Position numbers and translations under genes: made by a program
The notes under the pieces: model-generated
What the model saw: the letters and a program-made list of their open reading frames with translations, nothing else
The model's database searches: none
Told to the model about the DNA's origin: nothing
Shown: positions 59,025-64,000 of the stretch, in pieces
Layout of the letters: each line of letters starts with the position of its first letter
How positions within the stretch are numbered: position 1 is the stretch's first letter
Source: Botryllus schlosseri
Taxonomy: Eukaryota
Direction of reading: 5' to 3'
Length of the DNA stretch: 64,000 nucleotides
Assembly: GCA_051294905.1 (NCBI GenBank)
Contig: CM119372.1
Location: forward strand, 6,388,001 to 6,452,000

Positions 59025-60667
59025 CAGGGCCGTAACTGCCGCACCCCAAGCCCCCCAATTGGGGGGGGGGAGCTCGAAGGGTGCCCGAGCTCGGAGGGGC
59101 CCAAAATTTTTTGGTGAATTAGCATAGATTATAGAGTGTTTTTTGAAAATTTATGCAACTTTTTAAAATATATTTCGCGCTTCGCGCGATTTCAGGTTGC
59201 CAAATATAGTGATTCTTAGGTTCTCTTCCCACAACGAAACACACGCAAGATTTATAGAAATGGGCATATCGGCGTTGGCCATTACCTAGGGTCAGCATAT
59301 TTGGGAAATCTGAAGAGGACGCTTTTTCAGAATTGTCAGACTTGCTAAACCGGAGAATAATTTCAAAAAAATGGTAAATTTCTCCCACATTGTGGTCGGC
59401 TGACTAAAAAAAGGTCATCTTTCTCCCTCAGCGCCCAAAATACAGTTTTCCCTTCACATTGTCAGGTGGTTAACTAAAAAGAAAGGTCAACTTCCCATTC
59501 AGCTCCCGAAACACCCGCCGGAGCGTCACTTCGGTGATGATTTACGGCATTTCAGTCGAATTTTGCTATAAATATGACCAAAATTCTCAAACAAGAGGAC
59601 AATAGGGCGTCCTCCGAGGACACTTTCAAAAAAGAGGACAATTCCTCTTAAAAGAGGACGTATGGTAACTCTACATTACCGCGCCACGACGCACCAAGAC
59701 ATATAAAGTTTTAGGCCCTGTGACACGCGACACCAAGAAGTATGCCAGAACGATCGGCAGCGAGAAACCTTGTCCGAAAAGGACTGCCCTTATGGTGACC
59801 GAAAACTTCGTTATATATACGAAATACATATAGGTTTAATTGCCCATAGGCGCCTAAATGACTGGCGCCGAATGTTGCTGTCTTGGTAATCTGAACCTCA
59901 CAAGCCAAATACCATCACGCAGGGAAAAATTAGATGCCAGTGAAGAAATACCAATTTGAAATCGTGTGATCTTTCAGTTTAGTACGTTTGGGCGATTCTA
60001 TATTTTTTGATAGAGCAGACAGGAGGTCACGAAATAACATCGTGTAACGAAGGCACACCAACGGGTCCGCCCGCCAGAAGATGTTTAATTAATATTTACG
60101 GGATCTACAGTTTCAATGACACCTCACTCAGCTCTACCGGTAAATCTGATTACGCGAGTAGAGAGGACAAGAAATGGATAGCAATATATATGCAATTCCC
60201 GATCTTATTGACCGATTTTATCATGAATTATCAAAACATTTCGCGCTTAGCGCTGGCTAGCTGAATAGTACAACTGTAATTACGTCGCAAAAGCGAACAA
60301 CGTGATGGGGGGTCTGGTTATCACCCTATGGGAGCCCAAGACTCAAATTTTTTGGTGGCCTGACGAAGTGCTGTTTCGTTCCTGTATGCACCCGGAGATG
60401 TTCAATTATTATTGAGGGGTCCTACCTTTTCAAGCACACCTTACTCAGCTCTACCAGTAAATCAAATTACGTGAGCAGGGAGAGGATAAAAATTGATAGC
60501 AATATATATGCAATCGCGATCGTATTGACCGATTCAGTCAAGAATTACAGAACTTTCTCGCGCTTCGCGCGATTAGGGAAGCAAAGCTGAGTCCCCCAAC
60601 GGACACCGAATGTATACTAGAAGTAGCGGTAAACTGCATAATGTGCACATAGCCTGAGGGGGTCTGG
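59025..60667 (+). mobile_element. Family A, copy 2 (right end missing), with nested G
   Basis: CAGGGCCGTAACTGCCGCACCCC; colinear with 136-1260. Confidence 0.85.
59287..59673. mobile_element. MITE family G copy
   Basis: tagggtcagc...ggtaactcta; cattacc duplicated relative to the empty site in A1 (near 340). Confidence 0.85.
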
Positions 60668-60965
60668 CCGCAATCATGATTAGTTCAGATGTTATGAAAT
60701 GATTATAATCATTTATATCATATATCATATATAATTATTTATATCTGAATGTATTGAGCGAATCGTCAGATATGATTGCTGAAATTATCCAGCATACCAC
60801 GTTGCTTGTATAAAATTGCCATTCCAGTTGATCAGTCGAGTTGACCTCTAAGGTCGTATCGATCATTCATATAATATTTCGAATTATGTATCAGCATTGT
60901 TGATGTATGCTATGTATTTCGGTTGGATGTCAATATAGACTCTAGATATCCCTGACTTTAACCAA

Positions 60966-60996
<31 letters not shown>

Positions 60997-61029
60997 TCCC
61001 AGGTCTTGATGTTTTATTTGAAGAGAAAG

Positions 61030-63680
61030 CCTACGCCGGTAGGGCGCGCTCTATACCTAAGGGAGCTGGAACATATTGATTGTTCACAACAAAACGCGAG
61101 AAGGTCGAATTCATCCCCTCGAACTTCCATTCTCTATCATTCCTAGACAATCCGCGATCAACCGTAGCTTGTCGAGTATGGGCCTTTTTGTGTGCTACGA
61201 AGTCGATATAGCAGTTCATAGACCAGGATTTATCAACACATGTGAACATATGCAGTGAGTTTGGATAATACGATGGTGGTTGAAATAGAATATCACGATC
61301 TTTAGAGTGTAGAAAGTGCTGGTCGTCTATATGGCCCAGTTTACACAGCTTCACGCTTATGATTACCGCAGAACTGTCTTCGACCGTTGCAACAATCAAT
61401 AATCATCAGAGTTGCAGATTAGGGTTAAATCTCATGGTTATAGTCAAATAATATTATAATCACAGCCATCAATAAACTGGATTTGCTCGTGACGTATTTA
61501 AACGATTCGGTAACCCAGCCTTGCCTCAAGGATACTAAAATGCTTGGAATATTAATCGTTTAAAATGACTTCAGAAATTATATCAGTGTGTTAGAAACGT
61601 AGCTATAGAAAAGAATCATTCTCCCTTTGCCCCGAATTTATGGAGGAGAAAGTCTTTAATTTAATGGGAAACTAAATGTATTTAACAAATCCGTTCTCGT
61701 GAGTATTGACGTTGCGATATCACAGCAACATTGACCGCGATAAAGTAACGTAAAAATAATAACAATATATGATTCATACATAGCAGGATTTTATAATCGC
61801 GCGAAAAACAAAATTTCCTCGTGATACTTCGGAACTGCTTATCGTCGTGCATCATCACATTAGTCGTTAGAGAATCGCTAAAATGCGCTGCGCTTTGTGT
61901 TCTAACTTTACTTCATGTTTTTGTGTCACGTAAGCTGAGTTTCGGTTGTAATACGGAGATCATGTGTTTACTATAAATTTCGATGAAAAATCGAGGAGGC
62001 TAACTTGATGCAACTTGAAGATACGTTACTCAGACAATAGTTAAATATTTTGTCGACTATATGTAAATGAGAAGTTGTCTTGTGACATTGAATTATTCTA
62101 TATTTCGTATATGTTTCATATAGGTAAATATAAAAATTTCACGGTTCGTCATGGTCATCCTGTGGATGCGATGTGCCAAGTATGAATTCCGTAAGGAATA
62201 CCAATTCACTTGTTTTCATGTGCTGTTGAGAAGGAACGGTGACAATAGAGCAAAACACGATGCATGCTCTCTGCTCAAAAATCTTGTTAAGATTGTGCTG
62301 TCCAATTAGTAGGCTAATACTGCCGACATTGTTATCGTCATGAAATTAGCATATATATATAAATGAATGAATGTATCCGTACAGTTTAGGATATGCACTT
62401 CATGCACAAATATACCTTGCTAGAAATAAGTAGAAGTGGACCAAACTCATGGTTCTGAGATTTTTCTAGCATACTGTGTTATCAATCGACGGTTTTCTTT
62501 TACATAGCTCAGCAGGAGACAGCCGAAAGATCAATATCAATCATAGTCAATAGTCATAGATCATAAAATTTGCTATAGATGTACTATACATGCTGTTGGT
62601 AAACCCAACGGGCATATGCTGACTATTATCGGTTGAGGTATTGGTTGTATAAATATATTCATATATTGTATCTCGAATTATTGTAGGCCTACTAAATTTA
62701 TAGTAATTATGTGAATGAGAGCGAGTGTATGGAAGATTTACAATCATGTGCTGTATCAAAGCTCATAATTTAGGAAGTATGAAGACTTTATGCGAAGTGC
62801 TAGCTATGTAATATTTGGACTTGCCTGTCCGTAATATTGCTATATACTATCTCTTTATTGTGGTACGAGGGTAGCATTTTAAGACGCCCCTTTCTATATC
62901 TTGCATTATAGGGTTTATTCCAATAACATTTGAAGAGAAACATCTGGTCAAGTCCAAATATTTGAAAGCCTTTGTGAGTTTCCGTTGTTGCACCCGGTCG
63001 TTATAGTCGCACGAACTGGATACAGTTTTAATTCGATGTAATGTCTCTAAAAAATCCAATAGATTGTGTTCCCTCGGGATGAGAAATGCGTCAAATCCAA
63101 AGCCATGCACCTAATGGCAATCTGATGATTGACTGCGATTTGACCCACAGTAAGATACAGGCTCGTCATTCTTGAGATGTTTCAAGTATAGAACGAGGTT
63201 ACCTGAACTGGAGTCGCCCAACCGTATCGCAGTGTTATAAGCCTTACATTGACAGCACTTTACTCCCAGAGGTACTAGTCATCGGCTACCGCTTTATTCG
63301 TTCAAGCAGCTAAGAAGTCGTGCGTTATTTCATTTCAGGAATGCCGACGCATGAAATAATATTGCATGCGATGTGATGCAGGGATCGAGAATGGATATCC
63401 GCTGTTTGCATAGCGCAATTTCAAATAAGAATGAACTAGCAAATTAAATTTGTTAACGTGATTAAGTCAAGGCAGAGCATGTGAAATTTCAGTGTAAGGT
63501 CAATCCGTTAGGAACGTCAACAGTTCTATAATGTCGAATGATTTTTAGGGGTTAGAGAATCCGATATCGTGTCAGATTCGCTTATTTAGTTCTTGTCGTA
63601 GCAGGGATGAAAATGGTGTAACCTTATAATGTATACATTAGCATATGGGTATTTCAATGAATTGCGATTATTGGTGCGTG
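61030..63680 (-). pseudogene. Highly decayed CR1-type LINE ORF2 (APE endonuclease to RT)
   Basis: Remnants in the expected order: SLKYPYANV (N-terminus), LGD (GDFN), PREHNLLDF (PTR..NILDL), KCYP, YIDF..KKA (YLDF.KAFD). Confidence 0.4.
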
Positions 63681-64000
63681 TACTGCGATGGCCGTATTGT
63701 ATTCTCATGTACAGAAATATGCGGAGCCATAGCCATCCCTTTGAAATTGGTTGTGTTATTAGACTTGAACGCATACCTACCTGTCTACCTACTGTTGTAT
63801 TATCTTGGGTTCAGAATTCAATATAATGAAACCGCGCTATGCTAGGGATATCTCCATTGCGATAAAGACCGTGCCAGGAATGTGAAATCGCTACGGTATT
63901 GCGACGATTTGACAGCAATTTTTGGATTGCAAAGCAATTATCATAGTGCTATTACCGCCATTGGATTACGCAGTTGTCGGACTGTATAGTTTCCCATAAA

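Overview
AT-rich eukaryotic genomic DNA, probably from an invertebrate metazoan (inference), and dominated by transposable elements. Two spliced host genes are supported. One is a minus-strand PLP-dependent D-cysteine desulfhydrase/ACC-deaminase-family gene (2 coding exons, 30332-29639 and 26530-26118, 368 aa) with an unusually altered active site. The other is a plus-strand SRSF7/9G8-type SR splicing factor (4 coding exons, 42317-46356, 222 aa; RRM, CCHC zinc knuckle, RS domain). Most remaining sequence is non-autonomous TIR elements (mostly hAT-type MITEs with 8-bp TSDs, often nested 3-4 deep), tRNA-derived SINEs, and decayed hAT, Merlin, PIF/Harbinger, CR1/L2-group LINE and Penelope-like (PLE) elements. 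Main points of interest: a PLE GIY-YIG fragment ending in an intact-looking minimal hammerhead ribozyme, with further copies including an inverted pair inside the SRSF7 intron; Polinton/Maverick-like capsid and protease remnants; a candidate SRSF7 poison exon; about 600-bp foldback palindromes; 22-30-bp palindromic micro-insertions with TSDs; and recurrent GNA-triloop DNA mini-hairpins. All family calls are by eye from motifs. No database search was run.
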